The notes under the pieces: model-generated
Database searches by the model: none
What the model was told of the DNA's origin: nothing
What the model saw: the letters and a program-made list of their open reading frames with translations, nothing else
Shown: positions 28,054 to 52,004 of the stretch, one piece after another
Layout: every line of letters starts with the position of its first letter
Numbering within the stretch: the stretch's first letter is position 1
Assembly: GCA_039096225.1 (NCBI GenBank)
Contig: JBBPEB010000013.1
Span: 434,001-498,000, forward strand
Direction of reading: 5' to 3'
Length of the DNA: 64,000 nt
From: Blastocystis sp. Blastoise
Taxonomy: Eukaryota; Protista; Bigyra: Opalinata
Translations under genes and position numbers: made by a program

Positions 28054-30020
28054 ATGAATGGTTCAACTATTAAATATACACTAAAATCACTACGTACACT
28101 CTCAACAGTAAGACCTCAACAAATTATTTCAATAGCTCCAATGCTCGATGTCACAACAAGGTATTTTATTTTGTGATTTGATTTATTATATATCTAGATA
28201 TCAACGATATGTTATGAGAAAGATCACAAAACATGCAACACTCTATACTGAGATGGTTGTAGACTCAACATTGTTCTATCAGGCTGGTTATAAGCGAGAT
28301 CGTCTACTTAAGTATCTTGCTATGCTATCTAGAAATGAATAATTAATCTTTTTTTAGATTTGATCCATGTGAACATCCTGTAGTCTTTCAATTTGGTGGA
28401 AATAATCCTCAAGTTTTGTCAGATTTAGCAGTTCATGTTCAGAAAGAAGGCTATGATGAAATTGATATCAATTGTGGATGCCCAAGTCCAAAAGTTGCAG
28501 TAAGTCAAGAATTGATTTGTTTTTTTTTATTATTTATATTATTTGTATTCATTATTGTTTATATGAAATATATATATATAAAGCAATATTTTGATTTTAT
28601 ATAGAAAGGTAGCTTTGGAGTCACATTAATGTTATATCCTCAAATAGTTGCACAGATTGTTAAAGAAATAAAGTCTAAAGTTACAGTTCCTGTGACAGTT
28701 AAATGTAGACTAGGTGTTGATTGTATATATATTTATATTTATATATATAGATAGATATATATTCTTATATTTTTAAAAGAGAATAGTATTCTATTTAAAT
28801 AACAAATATATGTTTATATATCTTTTAGCATGTAATAAATATGAAGATTTATGTAATTTTATTTCAAAAGTACATGACACAGGATGCCATCATTTTATTG
28901 TTCACTGTCGACATTGCTATCTTGATGGTGGAAATGCAAAATATAATCGTCGAGTTCCACAATTAAATTATTTATGGATTTATAGGTATATAGTAGTATT
29001 ATAATAATAGTATTATATATGCTTATTCTTAGTACTATTATATATATATATATAATAGGTTACTTGATGATTTCCCTACTGTGAATTTTACAATTAATGG
29101 AGATATCAATTCTTTAGAAAAAGCAAAAGAACTTTTAGATACGACGAGGTATACATTAGTATAGTTAATTTTATTATACTTATAATATTATTATATATTT
29201 TTTATATTATTATTTTTTATTATTAAACTTGTTATAATAATAATAATGATAATTATATTGATAATATAATAATGACTATGGTTTTAACATTTTGTTATAT
29301 ATATATATATATATATATAGTCCAAAAGGTCGTTATTTGAGTGGAGCCATGATAGGTAGATTAGCAATGAATGATCCTTATGCTCTTCATACAGTTGATT
29401 CTATGTTTTATAATGATAATACACCTATTCCATGCAGAGCACAAATTATTAAAGATTATATTCTTTATATACAACAACTAACACAAAATCCATGTATTTA
29501 TTAATAACAGTTTATTTTTATATTATTTTTTTTTAAATATTATGTGTGTATATAATTTCATTAAAATATATATATATAAATAAGAGTTTTTTTAATATTT
29601 ATTTTAATATATAAAGATATCTTATTTAATTAACAATAAATGTATATATATATATATATATAGCATTTACATCTCCTTCTATATCAATTTTATCACGACC
29701 TATTATTAATCTATTTAAAGGAATTCCTAATGGAAGTATATATAAACAAACATTACAAGGATGCGTATATATATATATTTATATATATTATTATTATTAT
29801 TATTATTAATATAAATATTTCTTTTGATGTTAATAATTAGTATGATAACTATTATATATAGTTTTATGTAAAGAAAATGCCACTATATGATTCTTTATGT
29901 ATGGCTCTTCGTTCTATTCCTCCTTCAATTTTATATAATATGGATGAAAATACGTATAATAAAGAGAAAATACAAGAATATTGTGATTTCTTCAAATTAA
30001 ATTATGAACCTTTTTATTGA
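28054..30020 (+). CDS. tRNA-dihydrouridine synthase, DusA-type, multi-exon
   Basis: SIAPMLDVT..R...R....LYTEMV, EHPVVFQFGG, GYDEIDINCGCPS, PVTVKCRLG, FIVHCR, TINGDI, GAMIGR. Stop TGA at 30018-30020. An additional upstream exon cannot be excluded. Confidence 0.9.
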
Positions 30021-31214
30021 TCTCTGTTTATTGCTGTATAAAAAAGATTTGTTATCGTTTTATTTGACATACATATATATGCATATTATAATGCTTCTTT
30101 TTAAAAAATATCTATATATAAACATCCTATTATTTAAAAACTTTATTTAATAGTATTAATAATTATATATAAATAATATAGCATCATTGTGGAAATATTG
30201 AATACTGAATAAGAATCTGAGTAGTTTACTATACTTAAAATAAATAAATAAATGAAACAGTAGATGAAATTTATATATAATATCAAACAACAAACAAAAT
30301 GAATATTTAAATACGGAATATGTACTTAAATTACGATCCATATATAAATATATATAGATAATAAAAAACACAAAAAAAGTATATATATATAATTCAAAAT
30401 GATTATAGTATATATAATAGATAGTAAAAAACACGAGAAGCAGGATATATATATGTACAACATAATGAAAGAAATTTTAACAAAAGAAAATACAAAATGT
30501 ATACTTATAAAGAAATTAGAATAATAACTTTATGAGTCTTTGTAGAGAATATAAGTAAACATCCTATATGAAATGAAATAGAAAAAAAATAATCATGAAG
30601 AAATAGGAATATAAGTATAATACTAAGTATATAAAGTATAAAGAAAACAGTGACAAAAAGACATATATATGAAAGAGTACAATTGAAAATAAATGAAAAC
30701 AAAGAAAACAAAGAATATATATATATATATTGAATAATGATAATGACTCTATAGTATACTGACTATAAATGAATAGATTTATATTCCTTAATTAAAAGAA
30801 CAAATAATAAAAAAAAGAATATATATTATATTCCTGTAGAAAAGTAAATAAATTCATAAAAAATAAAAAATAAGAAAAGAATATAAATATAAATAGATTA
30901 CAATCAATATATATTGGACAAATTGAATAGAAAAGAGAAAAGAAAATGTGAACATATATATTGATAGAGAAATAAATAATAATAACTGAAATAATACAGA
31001 CAAGATCAAATAGAAATAGAAAAAAAAAGTGGAATAAAATACATATACATGTGAAAGAAATAATAATATATAACAGATATAATAATTTATAAAAACAGAA
31101 TTATAAATAAAATGATAGTTCGATATATATAGATGAAGATCAAAAATTGAAAACATGTTGAATAAGTAGATATATAAATATATATAATATATATAAATTA
31201 ATATATATAATATA

Positions 31215-31668
31215 TTATAAATTGATACTCATAACATCCATATCGATACCTTCTTTCTTTTCATTCGTACTACTTGCTATTACTATTTTCTTCTCATTAC
31301 TACTTCTATAGGATAAAGCTTGAAAAGAACCAAAAGAAAATTTTGGTGTTTCTTTTTTTGAACTTTTCTTTGTAAATTTAATAAGTTTTTCTAAACGTGC
31401 TTCTATATTTGTTAATGTTGGACGCTTGTTTGGATCTGTTTCACAACATTGTTTATATAATAAATAAAGAGCTATATATATATATATTAGTAGATTTATT
31501 GTATTTTTATTATTATGAATAAACTTGATAATAATCATTAGTAGAATAATAAATATTATTATACATTAAACCATACCTTTTGATACAAAGTTATTTCTCT
31601 ATATATATATATATTCATAAATAATAAATTGCATAATTTAAAAAAATATCAATAGTTTATATTAATAA

Positions 31669-31699
<31 letters not shown>

Positions 31700-33051
31700 A
31701 CAAATAAATAAATAAATATATATATATATATATACATATTTTTCTTGTTCTCCTTCTTGAGGAACTGTCTTTCCTCCACTTATAAGATAATATACTAATA
31801 GACCAAAACTATATATATCTACACGTTCATCATATGTATGAGTACACACTTCTGGGGCTACACTGTAGATATATATATATAATAATAGAGTAATCTGATG
31901 AATAATATATAGAATAATATATAGAATAAGAGGATACGATACTAGGATATAATAATAATATATGTTACAATAAGATATAATAAATAATAAATAAATAATA
32001 TATAATAAATAAATAATAAATAATAAATAAATATTATATAATAAATAAATAAATATATAATAATAAATAAATATATAAATAATAAATAAACATATAAATA
32101 ATAAATAAATAAATAAATAATAAATAATAAATAATAAAAAATAAATAAATAAATAAACATAAATAAATAATAAATAAACAAAATAAATAAACATAAATAA
32201 ATAATAATAATAATAATAATAGTATATATACAAGGAAGGTGTTCCAACATCACTCATGTGTCTTCCCTCTATATCACAATGAAGGGAAAGACCAAAGTCA
32301 CTTAATTTCACTTGACCATCTGCCATTATTAATATATTAGATGGCTATATAGTATAATATAATAATAATAATAATATATATAATATATATAAACAAAAAA
32401 TATTACTATATTTAAATACTTTAATATCTCTATGAATATATGGAGGATCAAAAGAATGCATATATCCAATAGCATGGGCTATACTCTTTAATGTATCTAG
32501 CACATCAATAGCTATAAAGAATAAGTATAATCAGAAATATAACAAAAAAAAACATATTATGATAATAATTATAATATATACGTTGTTGTTTACGAACCCA
32601 ATGCTCTAGATCCATCTCACCTCTTTCCATAATCAAGTAAAAACCGTTATCACTTTCTGCTACAGCATATAACTGAATTATATTAGGATGAGACAAAACT
32701 CTCATAGCATTGATTTCAGAAAGAACAGTTTTATGATTTTTATTTCCCATATTACTATATTTAATCGCTACAGGTTTATTATCATACCATCTAAATACAA
32801 AAAAATAAATTATCATTACTCATCAACTATAATGAATTGAGAAAAAACTCAAAAAATAATCACTATACTACATACCCTTCATAAACATCTCCAAACGCTC
32901 CATGATTAATTAAATCTCCAAAAATAATATCATCCAAAGGAACAATCAAATCTGCTATCACTATATTTGTATTGATATTATTTTCTTAATAAAGAATATA
33001 TATACAGGTTGTATCTGTTTCAATATTTTTTGACATACATGAATTTCCCAT
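31215..33051 (-). CDS. Ser/Thr (TKL-like) protein kinase with N-terminal MGNSC acylation signal
   Basis: HGAFGDVYEG, VAIK, EINAMRVLSHPNIIQL, HRDIK|PSNIL, KLSDFG, GTPSF|VAPE, DIYSFG and DPNKRPT assembled across GT-AG introns. Confidence 0.9.
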
Positions 33052-34150
33052 TATAGATTTCTTTTCAAAAACGTAATAATCTTTCTAATTATAAAAAAAG
33101 TGTATTTAAAAAATATAAATAATAGAAAAATTCTTTTCTTTTATAGAAAGAAACTAAATAATAATAAAGTCACACAACAAAATTTGTGCTCTTTTCAGAA
33201 ACTTTTACGAATCTCCAGTAAATTCCAGTGAAGAAACAAAAGAATCATGATTATTTTTCTTGATTCCATTAAAAAACGAATGGCTTAAACCCTTAACTGA
33301 CTTCTTTTTAAAGAGAGACTGTTGGTTTCTCTGGATGTGTGGTCAAGTGACCATTTTCTTTCTTGTTTGTCATTAACCATGAGTATGATGCATCTATTGA
33401 ATTAATATTCACCATTAAAAAGGATAGCCAATGATCACTAATAAAAATAATTGAAAGAAATTTGATTATTTTATTGATTTATGAATTGATTGTTGCGTAG
33501 TTTATATGTTTATAAGTATCTATTCTTTGTTCATTATTCAGTCTCTTTATACAAGTTGAATCTTCTGTATTTAAATTGATTTTACACAAAAATAAAAAAT
33601 GGTGAACAAACAAGCCAAAAGTAACTAACAGAAAACGAAGTATTTTTGAAGGATTTGACTCCTAAATAACTATTGGGTTTGAAATAATGCTAAGAGAGAA
33701 AAATGGTTGTAAAATAGATAAAATGATAAATATGTTATCAATACTTATATTAAATATATTAGAAAGGATTATGAAAAATTATGTTTTTCTAATCTTTTAA
33801 ATATCAATGAATCCTTATGTTTCGTGAAAACAAATTATATACAGAAAGGATAAAAATAAATCAATAAAATAATGAAAAACAAATAAATATATATATATAT
33901 AAAAGGATATGATTATTAAAATAACAAATAATGAAATGAATACAAATAAAAACAGTAAAGAAATAAAACTATTGGGAAAAAAGAGAGTATAGATAGAGAG
34001 AGAAAGAGATTTGATAAAGTAGAATGAAGTATATATGTTTATATGTAGATATATACATAGAAAGAGATTAAGGAAGATAAAGATTAGAATTAGGATAGTG
34101 AGATAAGTAGACCATAAAGTATAATTATATAAAACACAAGTTAGGTATAT

Positions 34151-35783
34151 TTATTCAGGAACAGGAATAGCTAGAAAAATATAATTTAATGATAAAAATA
34201 TAATGATATAATGATAATAATAATAATAAAACAATAATATAATGATAATAATAATAATATAATGATATAATGATAACAATAATAATAAAATAATAATATA
34301 ATGATAAAATAATAATAATAAACATATAATAATAATATACTGATAATAAATTAAAATAATAATATAATGATAAAAAACACAATAATAAAAATAATCAATA
34401 TATACCTTCTTCTTCCATATCCATAGGTGGAGGAGGAATAGCATCATTTTCTTCAGTAAGAGAAGTATCCAAAATAGGTTCCATGATTTGATAAGATACT
34501 CTAGAATTAGCCTTAGGATCTTGACGCGCTGTAGAAAGACTAGGTAATTCACTGAGTTCTCCTTCTTCTTCTTCTTCTTGTATAGGATGTTCTAATTCAG
34601 CTACAGGAGGAGTTTCAATAGTTTCTTTAGTAGGAACAGAAGAAGCAATAGGTTGTTTTACAGTACTAGGAACAGAAGGAGCACTAGCAGCTTCTTCAGC
34701 AGCAACTAAACTTTGTAATTGATTAAATTCATCTTCTAATTCACTAGTAAGAGCAGACTCATCAGTAGCATTTGCCATCATCTCATTAATAACCTTTATA
34801 TATATAGAATATTATATATAAAGAAAATAGGTGATAACAATATAGAATATTATATATCAATAAAATAGTTGATAACAATATAGAATATTATATATCAATA
34901 AAATAGTTGATAACAATATAGAATATTATATATCAATAAAATATATGATAACAATATAGAATACTATATATATAAATAAAATATATGATAACAATATAGA
35001 ATACTATATATAAACCAATAAAATAGTAAAAATACATTATCATGTGCCTGCATATCTGATATATCTTCCATAGCTTTTTGAATATCTTCTACTTGAGCCA
35101 TATCCTATATATATAGAAATTTTTTATTATTATATATATGTAATTATTAATATGATAAAAAAATAGATATAATAAATAATAAATAAATATAATAAACATC
35201 AATAAGACATACCTTTTCAATAGCTTGAAGGCAATTTCTTGTTTCTAGAATAGTATTCGTAAATGCCTTTTGATCACGAGCTTCCGCTATCGTATTAAGC
35301 TATATATATATATTTGTAATGTTTTAGAATAAACTTATATAATTGTATTAAAAAAAAATACATTTTCCTCAAGAGCAACTACCTTATTTGCATAATCCTT
35401 TATACGGTCTTCTTCAATTCTATATAATATAAATGCCAAACAAATAGAGTATAACATACACCTTCAATTTAAGATAAAATTTAGCCATTTCCTAAATAAA
35501 TATGTATTTATAATTAAAACAACAATTATTCTTATTAATAAAATAAATAACATACAAGGTTCTTTGCAATGACACATTTCTTACTTTGAGCAAGGTTGTA
35601 ATCTTGAGATTTTTCAGCTCTTTTTCTAAGTGCAGTAAACTTATCCTTAGCTTTAAGAATTTCTAATTCAGCCTTCTCATCAACCATTAACTCTAAATTT
35701 TGTTGAACATTACTTAATTCAATGTTCTGGATCTCTGAGTTCACAGGCTCAGACTCCTTTTCACTTGACATACAAGCACCCAT
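34151..35783 (-). CDS. ESCRT-III Snf7-family protein, CHMP6/Vps20-like (paralog A, N-terminus MGAC)
   Basis: DEKAELEILKAKDKFTALRKR, coiled-coil core, ELEDEFNQL, acidic Pro-rich tail, N-myristoylation-type start; ends AIPVPE*. Confidence 0.7.
34800..35030. repeat. Intronic minisatellite, ~39-bp unit gataacaatatagaatattatatatcaataaaatagtt
   Basis: About 5 tandem copies inside a CHMP6-like intron. Confidence 0.85.
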
Positions 35784-36463
35784 CACGCAAATTAATTAAA
35801 ACAATATTAAAATCGAATGTAGAGTTTTTTTATTTTGGTAAAATGCCATAAATTTTTTAAGCAACAATTCGTCAGTTTCATATATTCCTTTCGAACACTG
35901 AATAATAACTGAAAAGTTTTCACTAAAGACTGTTTTTTTTATTATTTAGTAATTTAGCTGATATCTAGATAAGGTAATTTTGGTTTATTTGAGATGAACA
36001 TAATACGTTCAAAACAGTGAACTAGTGTTCAGATATATTTTGAATTAATCATGTATACAATTATTGTCAGGAATATGCTATTTTATCATTCTTTGCTCTT
36101 TAATATTTATTTTTAATTATTTGAAGCAATTGTTTCATGTTAACAAATAATTTAGATATTTATATAAAATATGTAATTCTATAAAAATCTTCCATATTCA
36201 TGACTTATGTTATAGTTGAAATCCTGTAGTTTACTTAGATTGCATAGAAAAGGATTCTAGGCAACAATGAATGTTTGATGAGTAGTGATAATCACACTTA
36301 CAATATGCTACAACTCTCATTTACATAGGAACTATTATATAAACATTCTTTAAAATGTTTTTTTTAAAAGAACAACGGAAGTAGTAGAGAAAACTGGATG
36401 AATATTTTGATTTCTTTTAATGTTTTTAAATTTTAAAAGAATTGTTTCTAATCAACAAAATAA

Positions 36464-37863
36464 ATGAATAAAAGTGGAAAGGTGTCTAAAGGCTTTTCTT
36501 TTTTTCAGAATTCTATTAAGAAAATGAAAACAACGTTGAATCAAGCCATTCAAGAAGTGTTTACTTCATCAAACAAGGACGATAATCAGTCTATTCATTT
36601 ATCAAATGAGGAGAAAGCGGAACTTGAAATCCAAAGATGCAGAGATCGATTTACAAAGTTAAGAAACAGAGCAACAAAAGCAATGAAATATAATAAAGAT
36701 CAAGTCTTGAAACATATTAAAGAGAAAGATATTGTATATATATATAAATATTTTCGTTAATCTTATAGAATTCTGCTTCTTACTTTTTGAAATTGAGCAA
36801 GTATATAGTATATGTTTTTAATAATAGATTGGAATTAGTATAATTTATTTTAATATTTATTTAGAATGGAAGAAGACAAAATAAAAAATTATTCAAAACA
36901 AATTATTCAATTAATGCAAACTGTATTATTTATTCTTTTAATATAACTCATATATATATATTTATTATTTCGATATAAATTATGTTTATCTAAATATGTA
37001 ATTTTGATATAATTCGTATTTATATATATATATATTTATTTATTTATTATTTTAATATAACTCTTATTTATATATATCTATTAATATATAGTTAGATACG
37101 TTGGTTGAAGCAGAAGATCAAAAACTATTTTATGAATCTATAAAAGTGACACATTCTGTTCTTAAATCCTACGAAAAGGTTTGTATTCGTTATTTTTATT
37201 TAAAAAATAAATATAATTATTATATATTTAGGATATGGGTGATATTCAGAAAATACATGATTCTCTTGAAGATATAGAAAATATGAAAGAAAATACTAAA
37301 GTAATTTTATATATTATTAGTTGTAACATATATGTAGAGTAAATAAAAATGATATTTTTGTTAATATATATATATATCTTATCTTACATATACGTTTATA
37401 TATATATATTTTTTATGATCTTGAATTCAATATTATTATTTTTCACTATTATAATATATATATATATATATAGGAGTTTAATGCTTTGTTTGATAGTGTA
37501 TTTGAGAAGGAGGACATGAGTCCAGGTGTAGAAGAAGAATATGAAGAAATACAAAAACAAATGGAACTTGACGAACAAAAGAACAATATCTCTATTCCAC
37601 ATAAAGAAAAAGCTAGTGACAAAGAGAGTATATATTATATAAATCTATAAATTTTGTTGATTCCTAGTATTAATTATAGTATCATTATTCTTCTATAAGA
37701 GACATGTATTCTATACTTATATATATATATAGAGAATCTATGTTGTGAAGATATTCAGAATAATTCAATTAAGAAACAAAAGAAGGATGAATCATCTTTT
37801 ATTCATTTGGACCAATCCGAAGAAATCCAATCGAATTCTCAATCTATAAATACTCAAAATAGT

Positions 37864-37919
<56 letters not shown>

Positions 37920-38433
37920 AAATAAACTATTCTTAAATGATATATTCATATTTTAGAAAACAAAGAGATCTCATCAAATACCATTTCTATATCTGATAAC
38001 AGTATTCTATCTATATTCAGATATTCTTTTAAATATTTAGTTTCTTTTATTTATATCTTTATGTTATTATTATTATTCATATTATTTTTATCTATTATAG
38101 ATAAACATGAAAAATTAGATATAAATGAAGAAACAAAAGAATTATCTGTTATTTCCTCTCCTTCACAAACATCTATTAGTATATGTTTATTATATTATTT
38201 CTTATTTCTTATGATTCTATTATTCCGTATTATATTATTCTATTCTATATATATATACTATATGATTTATATATTTTTTATTATATAATTTGAATGTTTT
38301 AGAAGAAGAGGAATCTAGTGTTTCGTCACCTATAGAAATTCTTCCACAAACAGGTATATATAAATACATATTGTATATAATTGAAAAAAACTATATTTTT
38401 CATATTCATTACTATATAGTTGTTCCTGAATAA
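36464..38433 (+). CDS. ESCRT-III CHMP6/Vps20-like paralog B
   Basis: EEKAELEIQRCRDRFTKLRNRA aligns with paralog A, intron positions correspond, and it ends QTVVPE*. Confidence 0.7.
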
Positions 38434-39147
38434 TTTAAGAATCTAGACTCAATAACTACAACTATATTTATTCATCAGCTATGCTCCATTTTTCATTAGA
38501 TTAATATAATAACTTTTCCATATTCTCTTTTTTAAATGTTTTTTTTACTATTATTTTTTTAACCTTTTGAATGCGTTTTATTGATCCAATTCAATCAAAT
38601 TGCATTGCTTATTTCCATATATTATCTATTTAATTTAACTCTCAATAAAATAATGAAATCTCTTTTTTTCTATTTGAAAAATTAATTATTCAAATAGAAT
38701 AAATAAAGAAAAGCTAATAATATACATTTTATAATAATCCACTAAGCATAGGATACTTTGTAATATAGAAAAAAAAGTATCACTCTAGTCATTACAATAA
38801 TATTTCATATATAGAAAAAATATGTAAGCATAAATCAAATAATCTAAAAGATCAGTGGAAGATTAAATCCTTTAGAGAGAAAATCCAATTATGAAAACTC
38901 ATTTGTTACTATTCTTTTCATAGTTTTTTTGCTATACAGATTTTTTACAAGTATTTTTTTATAGAAATCAATTAAGAAAAATAAATAAACAACTCTACTA
39001 AAGATAATAATTTTAAAAATCGAGACGTTTTTGTCCCTTGGAAAACTTGGTTGACATGACTGAAAAGAAAATAAAAATTGCGATAATTTGTATTTAAGAA
39101 AAATATAATTTTCATTCTGAAACTCATATTAGAAGAGGCATTCATTA

Positions 39148-42579
<3,432 letters not shown>

Positions 42580-43402
42580 ATTATTTAATGCTACTCATTT
42601 TTATGTCTTTTTAACATTTTTTTTTCATTTTTCATCATCATATACTGTTCTTAAAACTTCTATTTGTGTATTTTCTTTTTGTTTTCGTTATCTTCTATAT
42701 ACTAAAGTATTTCTTAACAATTCTGTTTACACCCTCTATATATTAAAATGAATGTTTATTTGTTAAGTCCATAATAAATTAGTTTTCATCTAAAAAAAGT
42801 GTTTATTCAAGTTCGTTTTATAGAAGGAGAGTAATGATAGCATTCATCTAGACTTAAGAATATATACTCATTTAAATATCCGAATAAGAGAACACTAATG
42901 ATCAATTTCATCTCATTAATTTATTTATTTAAAATTAATAAAGCATATATTATACTCTTCTATTGTAGATAAATGTTTCAAACGAACTATATATCCACTC
43001 ATTCGAATTCATTACAAAAAAAAAAGTAACTGATAGAAATTTCTGAGAATTTGCAGTAAATCAAAAAAGAATTGCTAGCAACTTTCTTTATAGAAAAGAA
43101 AATTCTACTTATTTCTAAAAAAATCTAGAAAAAAAGAACTCTTCAAATAATAGTTTTCTATTGGTTAAATTCAAATTGAAAAATATACAGAATACTAGTC
43201 AGAATCCAAAAATTCCCGTGAATAGATAGATTTAAAGAACGAATTGATCTTCTCTCTAGATGTTCATTACCAAATAACTTTTATATTGTATTTGATTATT
43301 TCCTCGCTAATTGTATATTTTTTTGCTATTTTATTGCTTTACTTACGCAATATATATTTTATATTATCAACATAATTAATGATATGAATATTTATATAAA
43401 TT

Positions 43403-44051
43403 ATGACTACTGAACCTCCTAAACGTTGTGCTGGTATTACTGAAGGCCATGAACGTATCACTGGTCAAGTTAAATGGTATGATGCCACCAAGGGATATGG
43501 TTTTATTGGTCGCGAAGGTGAAAATGATGTCTTTGTACACATTACTGCTATTTGGTCTGAAGATGTTTTCCCCAGACGTCCCGTTCTTCTTGCTGGAGAA
43601 ACAGTTGAATTCTATGTAGCTCAAAGTGATAAGGGAGTTGAAGCTAGAGAAGTTTCTCTTGAAAATGGTGTTGCTATTCCTAAAGTATGATTTTAATATC
43701 TATAATATTTTAACATTTTTTATTTCTGAAACAATTTATATTAATATTATTTTTTATTTTTTTTTTAAATATTAACTTTATATATAGCGTCCTATTCGTC
43801 GTTTCTTTAAGAGAAGTAACAGACGTCAACATAAGGCTGAAGTTGCTGCTGAAGGTACTACTGCTGAAGCTCCTAAAGAAGAAACTAAACCTACTGAAGA
43901 TGGTCAACAACCTGAACGTAAGACTTATAGAAGATATAGAAGAAACAACAGAAAGAATAACAAGAAGACTGAAGCTGCTGCTCCTGTTGCCTCTGAAGCT
44001 GCTCCTGCTCCTGCTCCTGTTGAAGTTGCTGCTGAACCTACTCAAAACTAA
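43403..44051 (+). CDS. Cold-shock-domain (Y-box-like) nucleic-acid-binding protein, 2 exons
   Basis: TGQVKWYDATKGYGFI...DVFVH...GETVEF...KGVEAREV; exon 2 (43788-44051) has alternating basic and acidic blocks. Confidence 0.92.
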
Positions 44052-44232
44052 ATTAATAGCTTATAAATATGCATTGTATTATTAAATAATATAATTTTGC
44101 TTTATGCTTTCTTTGTGTTTATTGTTTTGTTTTTATTATTTATTTATTTTCTTTTTAACTTTTAAAATGCTACAAGAATATATTATAATTCATAAATTAA
44201 ACTCTATAATGATTTCATATTTATTCATTTTA

Positions 44233-50173
<5,941 letters not shown>

Positions 50174-50423
50174 ACTATACAATAATGATTTTTAACTAAT
50201 TTTAAAACGAAGTTAAAATAACAAAAACAAAATATTTTATTAGAAAGTAGAGAATTGTTGTTATTTATACTAATGCATATGTGTTGTATATATTTTTTTA
50301 TTATATTAAAAAAATTCGTACAAAACAGATGATAGTTTATAGAGTTAATTATATTTTGTTGCAGTAATACAAAATGTATATATAAATAATAAATAGAGAA
50401 AATATAAAAAAAATTTCATGTAT

Positions 50424-51369
50424 TTATTCTAATTTTTTTTCTTGTTCAGGAGTCCATACATCAACCTATAAATAATATACATAATTTATGTATAGTATAT
50501 TTGTTGATAATAATAATAATAATAAATATATATATCTAGTATACCTTATCTTTATGAATAGTACGTTCAGGATTAAGAGGATGACCAGGAGGTAAGTAAT
50601 TAAGTTCATAAGGTTGTTCTTCTTTCCAACCCCAAGTCTTATAACCACGGAATTTTTGACCTAAAGAATAAGTAATATAGTGATAATATAATAAATATAA
50701 AAAAAAAAAAACAATAATATAATAAATATAATAAACAAAATAAACACAATAATAAAAAAAATAAAATATAATACTAATATACCAGTATGATTTTCTTCAT
50801 GAGGAATAATAACTCCACCGACATTAGTATTATAAGGACAATCAGAAGGTTCACAATGAGTAGCTTCTAATACTTCCTTTGTTCTTTGAGCAATAAAAGC
50901 AGGCATCTATAAAAAATGAATAAAATAAATAATAAAATAAATAATAAATAATAGAATAAACAATAAATCATTTATATAAAGAAAATATGAATAAAAAAAG
51001 AACATATAATACATACTTCATCGGGAGTTTGATCATACATGGAAGTTAACCAACCAAACCACAGAGGAGGGATTTGAGAAGTATCAAATTTCCAATTCCA
51101 AGAGCCATATTCAATCCATCTATGACGACCATATTGGTAATCAAGATTTTCATAATAAGCGTTACCATGTTCATCTACACCTTTTAATGTTCCGAGTTTG
51201 ATTTCACCCATAGAGCAGAGTTGTTTCATGACTCCACGGAAGCCTCGTTCTTTAAGACCATAATAAATGGACTATAGAACACAAACATGTCAATGTGTTT
51301 AAGAGAATGAACTAATCTAATACATACATTAAAGAGACCATATCCCATCTTTTTTCCAACAACAGACAT
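50424..51369 (-). CDS. NDUFA12: NADH:ubiquinone oxidoreductase subunit NDUFA12 (B17.2)
   Basis: GTLKGVDEHGNAYYEN...GRHRWIEY....DTSQIPPLWFGWL...DQTP, HEENHTG, last exon VDVWTPEQEKKLE*. Confidence 0.92.
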
Positions 51370-52004
51370 GATGATTTGTCTCTTCTTGAAAACAATATAG
51401 ATAATTTCAATAAAAGAAAGAGTGGAATTTTTACTTTTGAGTAATAAGGTGTCTCTCTTCTTTTCTTAGAGATTCCCATGGTTATCTTTAAATATCTCGG
51501 TATGTTTTTATTTTTTGTACAGATTCTGGTTTCTTCTAATTCCCCATGTTTTTTGACATACTCAAAGAAATAGAATCTACAAATCGGCTTTTGAATGCAA
51601 TATTCCTAGGAATATTCAATATCTGGCGATCTGTACTCATCTTATCATGATTATTTTCGAATTCTTTTTATAAGAAAAAAAATATATATATATATTTCTA
51701 TTCATAATTAAGAACAAGTGAATAACTAAACAAGAATTATAGGGCATTTTAAAATACGTTAATAGCGTAAGCGATTACTCTACATAATGATGTATATTTA
51801 CGAAGTGAATCACTCAAGATACACATACACGATATAAATTAGAGAATTAATTAAATGAAGAATCATAGAGCAAAGGAAAAGAGAAAAAGTAAATTGACAA
51901 AAGTGTATAAGAACAAATAAATAAAAAAAATAATAATTAAGAGATTGAATTATCTATGTAAAATAGATAAAAGAATGATATTCACTAGATATATATCTAT
52001 TATT

